Assembly: GCA_020536535.1 (NCBI GenBank)
Contig: JAHLWZ010000452.1
Coordinates: forward strand, 10,677-74,676
Origin: Pelomyxa schiedti
Taxonomy: Eukaryota > Protista > Evosea
Direction of reading: 5' to 3'
Length of the DNA stretch: 64,000 nt
Positions within the stretch are counted from its first letter, which is position 1, and each line of letters begins with the position of its first letter. This document shows, one piece after another, positions 1-18,527 of this stretch. Under the pieces are notes generated by a model, which made no database searches, had not been told where the DNA came from, and saw only the letters and a list, made by a program, of their open reading frames with translations. The position numbers and the translations under genes are program-made.

Positions 1-870
1 AAGCAAACTACTTGGACATTTATAAACATAGACACAGCTACAGCTTGAGGTTTTTACTTGCCAGAGACACAAGCTCAGATTTCTCACTGCAACCAGAAAA
101 GTCAACCCCCGCAGCTTTCAGTTTGGCCTTCAGGTCCTGTTATAGAAACAAATCATCAGTCCTACACCAAGGAACAAGGGCAAGGGCAAAAACACACCCT
201 GATCGACATTGAAGAAAACTGGTTATGGGAGGCAGACGAGCCGCTGTCGCCCACATTCGGGTACTCCTCCCTCGGCCTTTTCTGTAGCATTTCAGGCACA
301 AAATCATCAGCAGGTGCTGGGGTGTACTGAGGCGGTGGGCTTGGTGCTGACCTCAGGTGTGCGCCTGACGCAGCATCCTGATCTGGCTCGTAGATGGGGT
401 TTGTGGGGTACGTAGGATTTATGGGATCCGGCTGGGGAGGTGGGGCAGAGGTGTTTTCGTCGATGACAGGGTTTGTGGGCTCCGAGTTGGGCTGGTTGCT
501 GTAGCTGAAGCTGTTCTCCATCGGTACCTCTGATGGGTGCCTCGTGGCTTGTTCTGGTGGTTGTGGTTGCGTTTGCGGTTGCGATTGTTGAGGTTGTGGT
601 TGCTCAGCTGGGGTGGTTGTATCATGCCTGAATAACAACAGTTTGTTTTTTTGTATTGGTTGTTGGTGGAGTTAATTAATATGAATAATAGCCGTTGTTG
701 TTTTGGTTTGAGGGTGCACACTGCTTGAGGAGGCTGATTAATTCAGATTTCTCTGTGCAACCAACGAAATTGACGTGCAGTGCTTTCAGTTTCTCCTTTA
801 TCTCCCTTATGCTCATGTTGCTGTACGCATTGCTCGCGGCCGACGTGCCGACGTTCTCGTACGAGTCCAT
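1..870 (-). CDS. Partial gene (runs off the left edge) with two SAP-like 'S-I-R-[ED]-[LI]-K..L....V.F.GC.EKSEL' repeats and a Pro/Gln-rich linker; this motif occurs in RNF34-type E3 ligases and some DnaJ proteins
   Basis: ORF 676-870 gives MSIREIKEKLKALHVNFVGCTEKSELISLL; a second spliced copy near 210-60 gives MSIR|DLKAKLKAAGVDFSGCSEKSELVSLA. Confidence 0.55.
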
Positions 871-1008
871 TCGTTCAACCGTCGATTCCCACTTTGTTTT
901 TTTCCTGTTTTCTCAGATGAAAAACCCGAAACGGCAGAAGAAAAGCAGGGAAAAATGTCAAACCATCTTGGATTTCCCAGACAACCACGAGAAATTCGAA
1001 TGAAATTT

Positions 1009-2989
<1,981 letters not shown>

Positions 2990-3110
2990 GGTTCGTAGGC
3001 AATTTACGAAGATCGGTATCGCACGCAATTGTTTCTTTCAGGATTAATTAGCTTGCTCAATATTGCTGCTAAGTCCTCCCCGAAGAATCTAAGTCCTGGA
3101 GGAGGGTGCT

Positions 3111-5188
3111 ATGCACTGTGATTCCTCTGATCTGGAAAGATGTAACCAGGGGACCTGTCTGGAGATCATATTTCTGCTAAATCATAACCCAAGCAGGCCA
3201 AATGAGCAAGCCACGGGACTCCGAGGTGTGCCAAAACCGAAACGGCACTCCAAGTTGGGTGCACTGGTGGATTTAGCTATAGGAATTTGATTTTAATCGT
3301 GTCCAACATGTTCTTTACCCAAATAAGCCGTAACCAATGAAAGAGTCACGTGATTTTACGTGATGGAAAGGTGTTAATGGCACCAAGTGTGGAGCACCTC
3401 ATTTTTCTCATGTTCATCGATGGTTGGTTGAACCCTCCTCCTGACTCCCACAGTTATTGTTACGAGTCTATAAAGGACTGACTCGAAAAAGGTGAAGAAA
3501 GAAGATTACTGCTGGATAAGAATCTCTTCCTTGCGGAATTTTTCTTATCATATCAACAAATCACCACCCAGCACAAAGTATTTGATTTGTTGGTAAAGAG
3601 GTTTTTGATCCTCTCAATAGTTTTTCTGCTGCCTAATGTCCCTTAAAGCTTCATGGAACGGGATTCGACTGTGTCACCTACGGCTCAAGAGGAACAAACG
3701 AGGTTTGCTTCCTTCTTAGACTAAACATATTCAACTTGTGTCAAGAATTCTTCATGCACTCAAAACGTGGCTGTCTCTTGTGCCTGAGGACTTCACAGAA
3801 AGTTCGGAACACTGTTCTTTAAAAACCTAACCCTTTGTGGTAGACTGCCCAAATGCACTCGTTGAACTACTGAAGTGGCGCGATTGTGCTACGACTCTAA
3901 TGTGCACTCCCCAAAATCGATCTGCTTCATCACACAGCATCCTTTTGCAACTGCCACAAGAAGTTCGGAGAGAAATTTGCCTTTCTATGAGGGATCTACT
4001 GGAAATATCGCTCAAATTTTCGGAATTTTTCCTAGATTTGAAGGTGTTTATCCACCACCGCTGTGCTCACCCTCAATGGAACGCTTTTTCATCGTCAATT
4101 GCCTCTCAAATGTATATTTCTCAGTCCTTCAGTTATTCTCATTTTTTCGCAAATAGATTCCGCATCCCTCCTAAGGCTTCAGCCTTTAATCTTCCTGTAC
4201 AATATGAATGTTACTCGCCCCAAGAGCCATTCTCCCAACCTCTTCTTGAACTCATGGAACCTCACGAGTGTGCCTGGCATATCACTTGTGTCACAGGAGA
4301 GATTTATCGAAGAATTCAAGTCAAAGAATTTGCACACCAGGGTTGGATGCGACCGACTAGGCAAACCGATTGTCCCCATATTACAATTATGCTGAATACT
4401 TCCAACGCAGTATGTTACAGCAGAGTTTTCTTTTCTGAGCCCCTTTCTACAAGATTTCCTACTGGGTATGCCGATATGTATTGTCAAAATCCACCATTGA
4501 CCAAAGAGTCTCTGCTCTGGCAAAGGTGATTGACCTTGCAGATAATCTCTTGAAGATAAACAATGTATTTTCTTCCATGGCAGTGGTGGCTGGGGTTAAC
4601 CTTGTGAGCCTACGGAGATTGAAGAAAACTTTGGCCAAGGTACTTGGTTGTGGGCAGATGTTCGTTTTGTCCTAACACTGTTTCTGAAGTTACCCAAGAA
4701 GTCACAAAAGAGAATGGAGTACCTCTTTAATCTGATAGATCCTAAATTTAGCAGCCGTTCACTTCGAAACTTTATCCGCGCTGCCAAACCTCCTTGTCTG
4801 CCATACCTGTGTAAGTACCCCCTAACAAGTTCAAGTCATTGATGAACACCAAAACACAATCACAATGGCAAACACAACTACAACAGGTCTCTATCTCACC
4901 GACATCGTCTTCATAATGGACGGCGATCCTGATACCATAGGAACACAAGTCAACTTTGCCAAGTGCCGAATGTTCTCAACAGTAATCCGAGAAATTCTCA
5001 CCTTGCAGCAAATACCCTTCACACCCCCGCCAATGTACCAACACCCACACCACAGAAGCAGCTCCGGTAATAGTAACAGCACCAACCGTGACCTGGTGCA
5101 ACAAATGTTACTCTCCACAACGCACGGTTCTGAAGAAGAAATGTACAAACTCTCTCTGCTCCGTGAACCACGAGCCCAACACCTATAG
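3111..5188 (+). CDS. Ras guanine nucleotide exchange factor (REM + CDC25 domains); start uncertain
   Basis: REM-like APSVEHLI...FFLSYQQITT; CDC25 motifs LMEPHECAWHIT, NNVFSSMAVVAG, PPCLPYL|GLYLTDIVFIMDGDPD, VNFAKCR, YKLSLLREPR. Confidence 0.85.
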
Positions 5189-5298
5189 ACCTCCTCTTCC
5201 TTAATGATTGGCAACCAAAAAAAAAACGAATTCCAAGGCACAAGAGTGAAAAGAGAAAAATAACAAATTACGATACAATCGTTGTGTGGATGGTTTTT

Positions 5299-7329
5299 TC
5301 ACTCATAAGCGCCTGATGGTGGTAAAGTTATTTTCTTCTTGGTGCTGCCACCTATGTACGGAATTAATTTTGGGAATGGTGAATAGCATTTGAGGAATGC
5401 ACACTGTGGGCCTCCCCTCCAATCATGCTGTATACAGGGTGTGGGGCTTCTACCGTCCGGGATTTGTTTGTTGTTGTGGACTTTGCAGGCTCATATGAGG
5501 CATGGCTAGGGCGTAGAGCATCGTTGATTTGTTGAACTGTGAACTCTTCTGGTCCTCTAATCTCAAACTACATCTGAATTAATGATGGAATAATCGTGGG
5601 TGTAAACATTTTTGGCCAAGTTAATGCCTGCAACGGAAATTTCTTTTGAGACTGTGGGTTTAACTGTAGAATAGACCATTCCTAAATTACATTAAAGAAG
5701 GTTTGGAGAGGGAACGTAGTTACTCATTTTAGCTGGTGATTTATCGGGACAACAGTAGATGAACACTAATATTATAGTTAGCCACATCGATGGAAAGCAG
5801 GCTTACGGGATTTAGGTGCTAATGCCGAAGGTGACATAAAATTGTAAAGGTAAAATCTTGGTTCTGTGGTAATAATCCGGGATCCCACTGATCCAACTGG
5901 AATTGAGCCTGTGTATGCAGCAACAATTTCTTCTGGGTCTTCAGTCACTTGCTTTTTTTTTTTTGTTATTAGGTTACAGGATAATTCGGGTCATACAAGT
6001 TCAATGAAGTTAATTGTATTTGTCTTGTACTGTGATAATGCTGTGGTGGCACTAGAGGAAAGTGGAAGTTTCACGGTGTGATAGCCACCAATGCCATCAA
6101 CCCTCACATGTTCTTCTTGCACAGGTCTAGAGGCTGATGGTGATGTCGATAATTCACCTGGGAATGTAAAAAAAAAAACCTAAAAGAGTGAACAACTGAC
6201 CTGTGTTCATGTATTCAAATTTTGCTGCAAGGCCAGAAACACCTGAAGAAGTCGAGGTTGAAACACTGGAGAGAGGGGGAGCTGAAGCAAGTTGAAGTCA
6301 GTATTAAGAATGCAACGACTAGGAAACGGTAACTTGCCTGGTTTGGCAATTGCACTTGGAGCTTTTGTTGTCTTCGGAGAAGCTGGAGTGGTACTAGAGG
6401 AACCAACTGAGGGTTTCCTATCAACGGGACTCAAAGACCGGGTTTTGTCTGACGCAGTGCCAGATGGTGAGGTGGTAGAAGTACTACTGGATCTAAGTTT
6501 TCTACTTGCAGCCTCCTCTTGTTCTCTACGAGCCTGAGCTTCCATTTCATTCTGAGATATTTGTGGTGTTTGTGAAAGGAAGATATAAGAAAAACCGCAC
6601 CAATTTTTCTATTTGTTTCTCCCTTTCACTGAGGCACTTCACTGGCTTTTTGGACTCCAGATATGAGGTCCAGTTGAATTCCTGGGAAAAGAAATTACTT
6701 GAGACTCCAATATCACTCACTAACAGCAATCTTATCAAAGCGAAAGTCGTCAATAAAACTGCCGCCAAGATTGTGTTTAAGAGGCGAAGTAGTGGCTGCA
6801 TACACTAGTTTATCAGCAATCTAGGTTAGACAGCATTAGACATTGGTTTTTTTTATTAAACATTGCTCACGGGAGCCCTGTCTGGGACAAACGAGATAAA
6901 GAACCACTGCGAATCAGATTTCCGAAATAATATGTAACAAGCTTCAGTCTCAGAGACAAGTTCACGCAAAGCATTGAAGTCTACCTCAAATCGGGTTTGT
7001 TAAAATGGGAAAATAAGTAAAAACAAGGAAATGCACACCCACCATTCTCTACAGAGTTTGTCTTCTCACGTTTTGAGTCAACATCACACGTTTCTACGCA
7101 AGACGAGAGAACCCAAATGAGCACACGGCGAGAAAAGGGAGGAAAAAGAGGAAAGGCTGGGAACCGTCTTTTATTCGTATCTTTATCACTCTCACTGTCC
7201 CTGTGCTTGGCTTTTGTACCTCCCACAGATCACCCAAGCCACGAGAAACTACAAAACGCCCATGAGGTTCTTGTTTTTTTTTTTTGTGTTTGTGGTCTTC
7301 CTACTTGGTATCGCTGTAGCAGATGACAT
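5299..7329 (-). CDS. TWF: Twinfilin-like actin regulator (two ADF-H domains with a long S/T/P-rich linker)
   Basis: Spliced N-terminal ADF-H MSSATAIP...EACYILFRKSDSQWFFISFVPDRAP|IADKLVYAATTSPLKHNLGG; linker LSEREKQIEKL; C-terminal ADF-H FIYCCPDKSPAKM(R)MVYSTVKP. Confidence 0.8.
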
Positions 7330-7524
7330 TACTTGCCGGATGCTTGTGTACCGTCAAACGAAAAAAAAACCTTTTTTCTTCTTCCCAATTTTGCGGAGAA
7401 AAAAAACTCGTTGCTGAGTGGCGACGGACCCAGGTTACACCGAAAAATGGGATAACGGATTATGGTAATAGTATCTTCAAACACAAAAAGCCTATACTGG
7501 GTGGACTGTTACTTTGGAATGTAC

Positions 7525-10500
7525 TCAACCCTTGGTGGGTAGGTAGGTCTTGACTATGTTCTCGAGTGAGCCTTTGCGAGCAGTCATCATACCCCGGAAT
7601 TCAGGTGATTGGACAAGTGCTGTCCGCTCTGCATTTATCACTATGGAATGTTAGTTATGTGGTAGCACTGGCAGGGGTTGCTTACTCTTTAGTAGGAGCC
7701 AGTCCCGGGATTCCGGAGTGAGAGGGAATCTGGGAGATTCCGGCATGAAAGGTGGGTAAGGTGATATTCCGGCCTTGTTGGCCACGCAAATATTATAACA
7801 AGCGGTCTTGGAGGTAGCTTGATCTACTAGAGGCTCCACGACAAAAAAAGAATCTGGAGAATCTGTAAGGGAAATCCAGTAAAAAAGAAATTGTACGATT
7901 AAAATGAGATGTGAGAAGTTTGGGAGAAAACGTGTCGTTTTGATCTGCCCGCTCCTTGAAAATAATAACAATCTGAGGTATGTTAGAAGGAGAAAAACCC
8001 AAGAAAAGAAAGGAAACATACAACATCATTCCCGATATGTCTCTTTCTTTCAACGCGTTGCAAGTCATCAGGTTGAAAGGGAAGATATGTAGAAACCTAG
8101 TAAAATGAATGAAAACAAAGAAATGGAGGCAATGGTCGCACATGAAACATTATTTCGTATCCTCGGAATTGTATATACACAGACTTTTTACCAGTTGTGC
8201 CAGCTAAAATGGTTAAGTCAAACACAGATATTTGCTCAAGTATAAATTACTCTTTGCATCAAGCCCAGCACGGTATTTCTCCCAGTTGCACAGGTATACC
8301 TTGTCACCAATGAACCTGAGAAATTCCTTGTACTGGGGTGATCCATCATGATGAACTGTAAATTGGAAAAATTGGTGGGTTCCCCTTCCCAATTTTGCTC
8401 TCGCTTACGGTTACTAAAGATTTCGTTTTCATCATGCTGGTTTGCTTTAACATAAATAATCCCAAATTTGTAAGCTTTCACTGAGCTTCGCTCTTCAAAG
8501 TTCAGTAAATCTTTAACCAGGGCAGGGGACTTCACTTTCATAATCTTCGAACTGCCACTACAGGAGAAAATACCGTAAGTTTTTTTTAGACTATTACTTG
8601 TATTTTAAAAACATTATCAGTGCAGATAAACCTCAATTTTAAAATAGAAGATGTTATGGTTTTAATAGTGTCCCGGGAGTGCACAAGATATCTGGCAGTT
8701 GTCTGAAAGACGATGAGACAAAGAAAAAAGTTGTGAAGAAATACTTTTTTGTTGAATAGAAGAACTCGCTTGGTTGTATCACGTTCTTTGTCAACATCTT
8801 GAATAGCAATGATGACAGGTGAAGTGTTATCTTCCATACAAACATACAACTCGTGTGCTATGAGGGCAATGGTGAGCTAGAATAATACATCAAAGACAAT
8901 GTTACGTGATTCAGCAAAGAAAGCTTTATAAAATAAAAAGTAGCGATGGGGGTCAACAAAGCCCTGAGGATCTTGATTTTGTGTATGTGTTACAGAATTC
9001 TGATCGAATTCAATTATAAATGCGCCATTTCCTCTGCAAGTGAGATCCATGGGGGGCACTCCGTTTTTTTCGATGTTTGGTTCTGATCCCTATGGATGCA
9101 TATCATTTGGTGGTCAGAGCGTGGAGATTCTTACTGTCCATGTTTCTCCTTCCTCTGTGGTGCTTGTCCAGTAGTCGGTTACAGACCCATCCCAAGGGGA
9201 TGTCTCAAGTACTCTGATGTATTTGACAAGTTCATCTGTATTGTAGACCATCCTATTACGGGTGAAAAATGGCAACGGAAACTTATTGCAGACTGGTTAG
9301 GTAGATGAGGGTGTCCAGAGGGGGGTTTGGCATGTGCCTTGGTATCTGATGATGATGATTTCAACAAAAACCCTTTCAGTTTCATCTTGGAGGATGGAGC
9401 GGGTGGGGTCCCAGGTGCAGCCGCAGATGATGACATTGCACCAGAAACAAGACCCGTACCTCCCTGTATTTCCTGTGAAGATAAGTGTCTTTTTCATTAA
9501 GAGTGTAGTGTTTAAACCTTGAACAAATTTGAGTCCTGCACGTTTTAGGAGCAGTTTAGGGAAAAAGAAGAAAAAAACTGAGTACACACGGCGGGTTGAT
9601 GCTCCTCTGTGGTGGGAGTTGGTGAATTAGCACTTGTGTGAGCTGATAAAGATAGTGGGGCAGACGCATTGCTAGGGGTGGGTTCTGCAGGACTCACAGA
9701 AATTGCAGGTGTGTCTGAAGATTTGCGTGTGGGAGTGGGAGACGAGTCTGTTCTATTTTGAACAGCCTGTTCATTAGGTTTTTGAACTTTAGCTATGGGA
9801 TACAATTAGATATCTCAGATTCCAGGAGATAGGTACCATCGTCATCTCGTTTAGATTGCCCAAGAACAAATCCTGATGTTGGCCTCGTCTGAAGAGTTTT
9901 TCTGGAAAGCCAGCCCTGATTTGCATCATTTGGAGGTGGTATGCTCTCTGTGTCATCCCCAGGTGGAGCAATAAAAAGTTCGTTGTGTGGAGGTGGTATG
10001 TTTTCGGTGTTGGAAGTTTCTGATGTTGAAGGAGGTGGTATGGGTTCGGCGTTATTTGGGGGTGGTATTGGTGTTTGCTCTGATGTGATAGGCCGAGGTG
10101 ATGTTGAGGTACCAGAAGAAGTAACTGGCTGGTTTTCTGGTGGGGTTGAAGGGTTCAGTTGAGGTTCGCCTGGTGGTGGAGTTATTTGTATAATTTCTGG
10201 TGCCTGTGAGGGAGGGAGTTGAGAGGGTATGGGAACATCTAAAGGTGGTGCAACAGAGCATTCACCGGTAGAAGGTGGAGAAGTGAGTGATGGGTCTTTT
10301 GGTGTGTCGGGTGCAGAAATTAGATCATTTCCTTGTGGGGCTTCCTTGACATCCTCTTCACCCAAGTCAAAGTCATCAAGTCCTTCTATCTATAGGGAAA
10401 GGAAGGGAGGTTAGCAAATATACAGACTAGATGGAGCTTGCCTGGGGGAGATCAGCAAACAGGTCGTCAAGAGATTTTACTTAGAAAATGGTTAATAGTG

Positions 10501-10912
10501 TAGCTCAAAGCTATAGAACATACAAGCAGAATTCTTTTTCACAAGTTCTTCCCGGTGGTCGATTAGTTGCTTGGCATGCACAAAGTTGATGAAAAATGGC
10601 TTGTTAATAAGTAGGGGCAAGTTCATTTCTATCAGCTGTGCTCCATTTACCCCCTAGGCCCAAAATTTCTAGTAAGCAATAATTACCCCAGCTCAAATCC
10701 CAAAAAACAAAGAAACAAGTATGTTGCCTTTCTAAGAAAAACAAAAAAAAAAAAAAAAACAAAGTAAAATGCCAAAGCACAGGCACATCACAGGCAAAAC
10801 ACACCGAGAACTTTTCAGCATGCTCCACAAAATGAGGCCCCAGGGACTTGACCCACGTAACCACCTGTGCCTCGCTCCACGTCCGGGGATCCCCTCCACT
10901 TGTCAATGACAT
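7525..10912 (-). CDS. Rap/Ran-GAP domain protein with an N-terminal SAM-like domain and Pro-rich linker
   Basis: N-terminus DPRTWSEAQVVTWVKSLG...VNGAQLIEM (SAM); RapGAP motifs YKFGIIYVKANQHDENEIFSN, IMFHVCDH, YNICVANKAGISPYPP, INAERTA. Confidence 0.85.
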
Positions 10913-11281
10913 GTTGTTGTTGTGGTTTGCTACTGCTGTGTGTTAGTGCCTGGTGTGGTGTTGATGATATGATTGGTGCTCTTGGTGGGCGCCTTTTCCA
11001 GAAAGGATTGTGGGTCTCAGTCTCCCCTGGTCTCTTTTGCCAATTGCTCCTCCCTAAGGGGCCTTTGGTTGTCGAGAGCGTCGGGGTGTTATTTCGCTTT
11101 TTAATTTTGTTTTTTCCTTCCTGCCCCAAAGACTTTGTGTTTTCAAAACGAGAAAAACGAGAACGTCTCGAAAATCATTTTATTGTATTCAGATGGGTGC
11201 AGTGAGTGAAACTTATTTTGCCATGAGTGTGGATTATTTGAAGAGTGTTTGTTTATGTAGTGTATTTACTCTTGTGCTAGT

Positions 11282-14720
<3,439 letters not shown>

Positions 14721-14842
14721 CCTCGGTGCGCTTGGTTTGTTTTTGGTTTGTTTTTGTGAAATCCCATGGAAGCAACGAGGAAACGGAATTGATTGAAGTA
14801 ATTCTATGCACAAAATAAAAGGGGGGGTTGGGCCTCCCTCCT

Positions 14843-16260
14843 TCAGTCAGAGAGCTTGTAGGCAGCACCGGAAAAGGGGGTGAACGAAGGAGTGGGTTGG
14901 GATTCGGTGTCCGGTTCTGGTTTGACTTCTTCTTGATCGGGGTGCTGTGCTGTGGGTGCAACGTAGGCGACTTCTCCTGTCAGCTTTCTTGCGGTACTGT
15001 AAAGAATTAATGCTGTGCACAGAAATAATGTGTTTAGCACACCCTGTGAACACTAAAGGCTTACTGTTGCGGTAAGAGTCGGCGGATGCTCGGAGTGGTA
15101 TTCCCCTCCCTGCGTACGCCCCTACAGCAACTGGTGCAGACTGGCGCAAATTGTCAGTGGAACCTATTGGCTTCCCGTTCAGACGGACGGCGGAGCCTGA
15201 GAAAGGAATGAACTTTGGTGTTGAGGTTTCGGTAGTATTTGTCGTGGGGGTATCTTCTGTGTGTAGAGTTTCCAAAACTTCCTCGGTTGTGGAGGTTGTG
15301 TTGCTTGATGGTGATGCTGAGGTGGTTGTTGAAGGTGAAGTCGCGGTAGTGGTTGATGGAGTGGTTGCAGGGTGTGGAAGTGCTGGAGGAGTGGATGAGA
15401 CCGATGGACGAGGTAGTGCCGAAGTTTGACTCTGTAAAAAAGGTTATAATGGGAAGATGATATCATGCAAAAGAAAAAAAAAAAAAAACCAGAGGTTCAT
15501 CAAACTCAATTGATACATCTGTCTCAACAACAGACACGGCGGAAGCCGGCTTTAATTCACGTACACATACAAGATAGGTTTTATTTCCAAACTTGATAGG
15601 TATTTGATCCCCCACAGACAGAGCCGAAAAGTTTCGAAGGGCTTTTTCTAATCTGAAAATGTTATCATGAGCAAGAAAGAAAGGGCATATACATCACTCT
15701 TGGGTTTGTTACTTGTAAAAAATCATCAGAGAAGGGTTGAAGTTTGCAAAAAGTGGCGGGATAAAGAAATGCAGATGTTATGAATACAACATCTGAACCC
15801 TCAACAAGTGCAAGTTGTTCTTTTAGCTGATGAAACTGAGGATATAAATGAGCATGAGGAAAACACACCCATTCCGGGAGGTAACATCTGAAAGAAAGAG
15901 AAATTAAAAAAAAAATAAACCTCAGATCAAATGGCAAACCTTCCCTCTTCTGCCGTGAATTCAAGAACCCCAGCATGGGTAGTTAGGTGGGGGTATCTCG
16001 GATTAGTCAATTTGAACTGCATAGGGTATTGTATACGCAAACGAACTAGTAAATGTATTGAGAATAGGGAGAGCAAATGCACTCAAATTTACTAAGAGTC
16101 TCCAGTGCACTAGGAGGTAAAATAACTGGTTTCCAATATTAGTGGCAAATCAATGAATCGACGCAATACTCTTTCCGCCATAAGTGATTTCCACAGAGTC
16201 GCATTTCGTTGCTATTTGGTACACTCGCAGGTACTGGTTGTACGCCGTCGGTGTCTGCAT
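14843..16260 (-). CDS. UFD1: Ubiquitin fusion degradation protein 1
   Basis: YGGK|..ILPPSALETL; YPMQFKLTN...THAGVLEFTAEEG|CYLPEW; ATFCKLQP; LEKALRNFSALSVGD; C-terminal SHP boxes FIPFSGSAVRL and FTPFSGAAYKL. Confidence 0.93.
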
Positions 16261-16571
16261 GAACAGTCCTCTGAACCACGACATCTGACCAGAACCAGAT
16301 CTTGTTGTATATCCTTATGCGTGTTGCTTTCACGTCGCCGTAGCCGTCGCCGTACGAGCAATTACCGCTACTGTACTCCACACCAAATGTTAGTGGATCT
16401 GTCTAGTCACACACTTGCCACACTAAGAGTCTGTTGACACTGTTTTCATCTAAGCATTATGGGGTGTGCGGGGAGTCTCTGCAATCTTATGACTCTTAAT
16501 GGCACTCTTGGGGCTCCAATCGATCAACTTGGGATTTCGCAGTAGAGACTAAAAAGGGGCAGGACTTGGAG

Positions 16572-18219
16572 ATGACCGCGTGTCCTGTAGCTGTTCGGCG
16601 AGGCGCAACAGAGGCAATTAGTGGAAGCACTATCGCGAGAGGTAGTATTGTTACTGTTGCTTTGGGCGTTTCTCTTACGAGTGGCTGAAGGTTAGAGGAC
16701 CGCCACTACTGGACAACATCGTGCTGAAGGGGCAAGCTGGGATCGGTGGCTTCTCCAAGGTGTGTGCTCCCAGCACAGTGGATTTTTGTTATTGGAGGTA
16801 TTCGTGTGACATCGAAACAAAAGGTGAAGACAGGGACGTGGGTGGTGCAGGGAAATCACATCCCGGTGGCTTGTAAGATGTTTAATGCGAGTGATGTTGA
16901 GGAATTCAAAAACGAAGTAAGAGTGAATTGCTCTCTGAAATTACCACCTATCCATGAAAACATAATACAGTTCTATGGTATCCAATGAGTTATGGGTAAG
17001 TTGTTATCCTAATTACTCCTCCTAAAAAAAGGTATCTGCTCCCTTAGTAACCGCTTAGTTCTCGTTATGGAACATGCACACACAACACTCCCCAGTGTCG
17101 TCCGTCAGCCAACCACTGCAGTAGACTATATCGACTTCTGCTTGGTATTTTCTTTTTACCATCTTCCATTAACGAAACCAACAGCAAATAGCTAAAGGGA
17201 TGAGACACATTGTATCAAGGAGAGTGATACATAGGTAGTATATTAATAAATGTAATATATTATACTACCTACGTGTGTAGTTATTACACTAAATACCACC
17301 AGAGATTTGTGCAGTAAAAATATTCTTGTTTTCATCGGACAAGACTGTGCAATGTGTTTGAAGGTTCTTTTTCATTTTATGTTTTTTGGGACTGCCTTAC
17401 AGTTGGCAGATCAATGATATCCTTGAGTCATCATTTTTTTTTCTCTGTGCATCCTTAACTGTAAACACATTTTGGGCTCTCTATACATTACGATGAGTAC
17501 GTTAGCAGGACTGGCCCTAATCGCCTTCTAAAGCAACTGCCATATCAAAACCAAGTCAATCCCTTCTATACCCCGTTTGAATGCTTGAAAAATTTAAATG
17601 CCATTACACTCGCCTACGATGTTTGGAGGTACAGCTGCTCTTTCTAAACTCATTAGTGCATGTCTAACAAAAAAAAGTTATGGAATTGTTGTATGGGAGG
17701 TTTGAAAAGCTTCCTCATATCCCGCCTACTTCTAGTTTTCAGATGTACTCACGGATGACAACTCCCTTTGGAGGTATCAAGAGTGATTTTAGTGCGGTAC
17801 ACGACTTTTTGCAAGAGAGCAACCTACCGCAACCTGAAACTATGCCTAATTCAATCTATGAGCTGTGCCTAGATGTATGTGGTTGCTTAATCTTGACCAT
17901 AAGTAACTCAATTTGCAAATAGTGCTGGAAAAGGAACCCACTGGAAAGGTAACCTCCAACAAATAGAAGATGGCACTAATAAGCTTTCCAACAACACAGG
18001 CCTACGTTTGATGAAATTACTCTCCGGCTTGGTCATATTGTTGTACTTCCAAGATACACTCCACACACACAAAGTCAACCCAATCACTACATAACCAGTG
18101 GCCTTGATGTCACCGGCTCCCCACTGCAACCTTGCAACCCACAATGCTATATTGAGCCCATTGAAGGCCTTCCACTCAAAATCACCCTCAAACCTCTGCC
18201 TGATTTCTCAAACCCGTGA
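16572..18219 (+). CDS. TKL/tyrosine-kinase-like protein kinase containing a U12-type intron; start approximate
   Basis: GIGGFSK|V, VACK, FKNEV, HENIIQFYG, QIAKGMRHI, HR|DLCSKNILV, K|IN(D)|FG, DVWS|YGIVVWE, CWKRNPLERPTFDEI. Confidence 0.88.
17417..17468 (+). other. Minor-spliceosome (U12-type) AT-AC intron, 52 nt
   Basis: 5' ATATCCTTG at 17417; branch site TCCTTAAC at 17452-17459; ends in AC at 17467-17468; removal restores G|AT TTT GGG = DFG in frame. Confidence 0.9.
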
Positions 18220-18527
18220 ACACTGGAAATGACCTTTGTCCTTTTTTTTTATTGCGGCTTTCCGTGGGGGTTCAAGTCTGTCGTAACATCAGCGAGGCTG
18301 TGACATCCTGGAGTTGGCCTTCCGGATATGGTAATAACCGCCGTTGATCAGACGAAACGAAATGCAAGCGATCCCTTTCTGGAACCAATTGCATCGGCGA
18401 TCAAACGAAAAAGAACCGAAAATACTGAGACTCTCAAAAAGGGGAACGGAAAGAAAAACAGAACACAAAAAAAAAACCCAAAACACCTCACCACACCAAC
18501 ACCCAACGACAAACGATAACCTGACCA

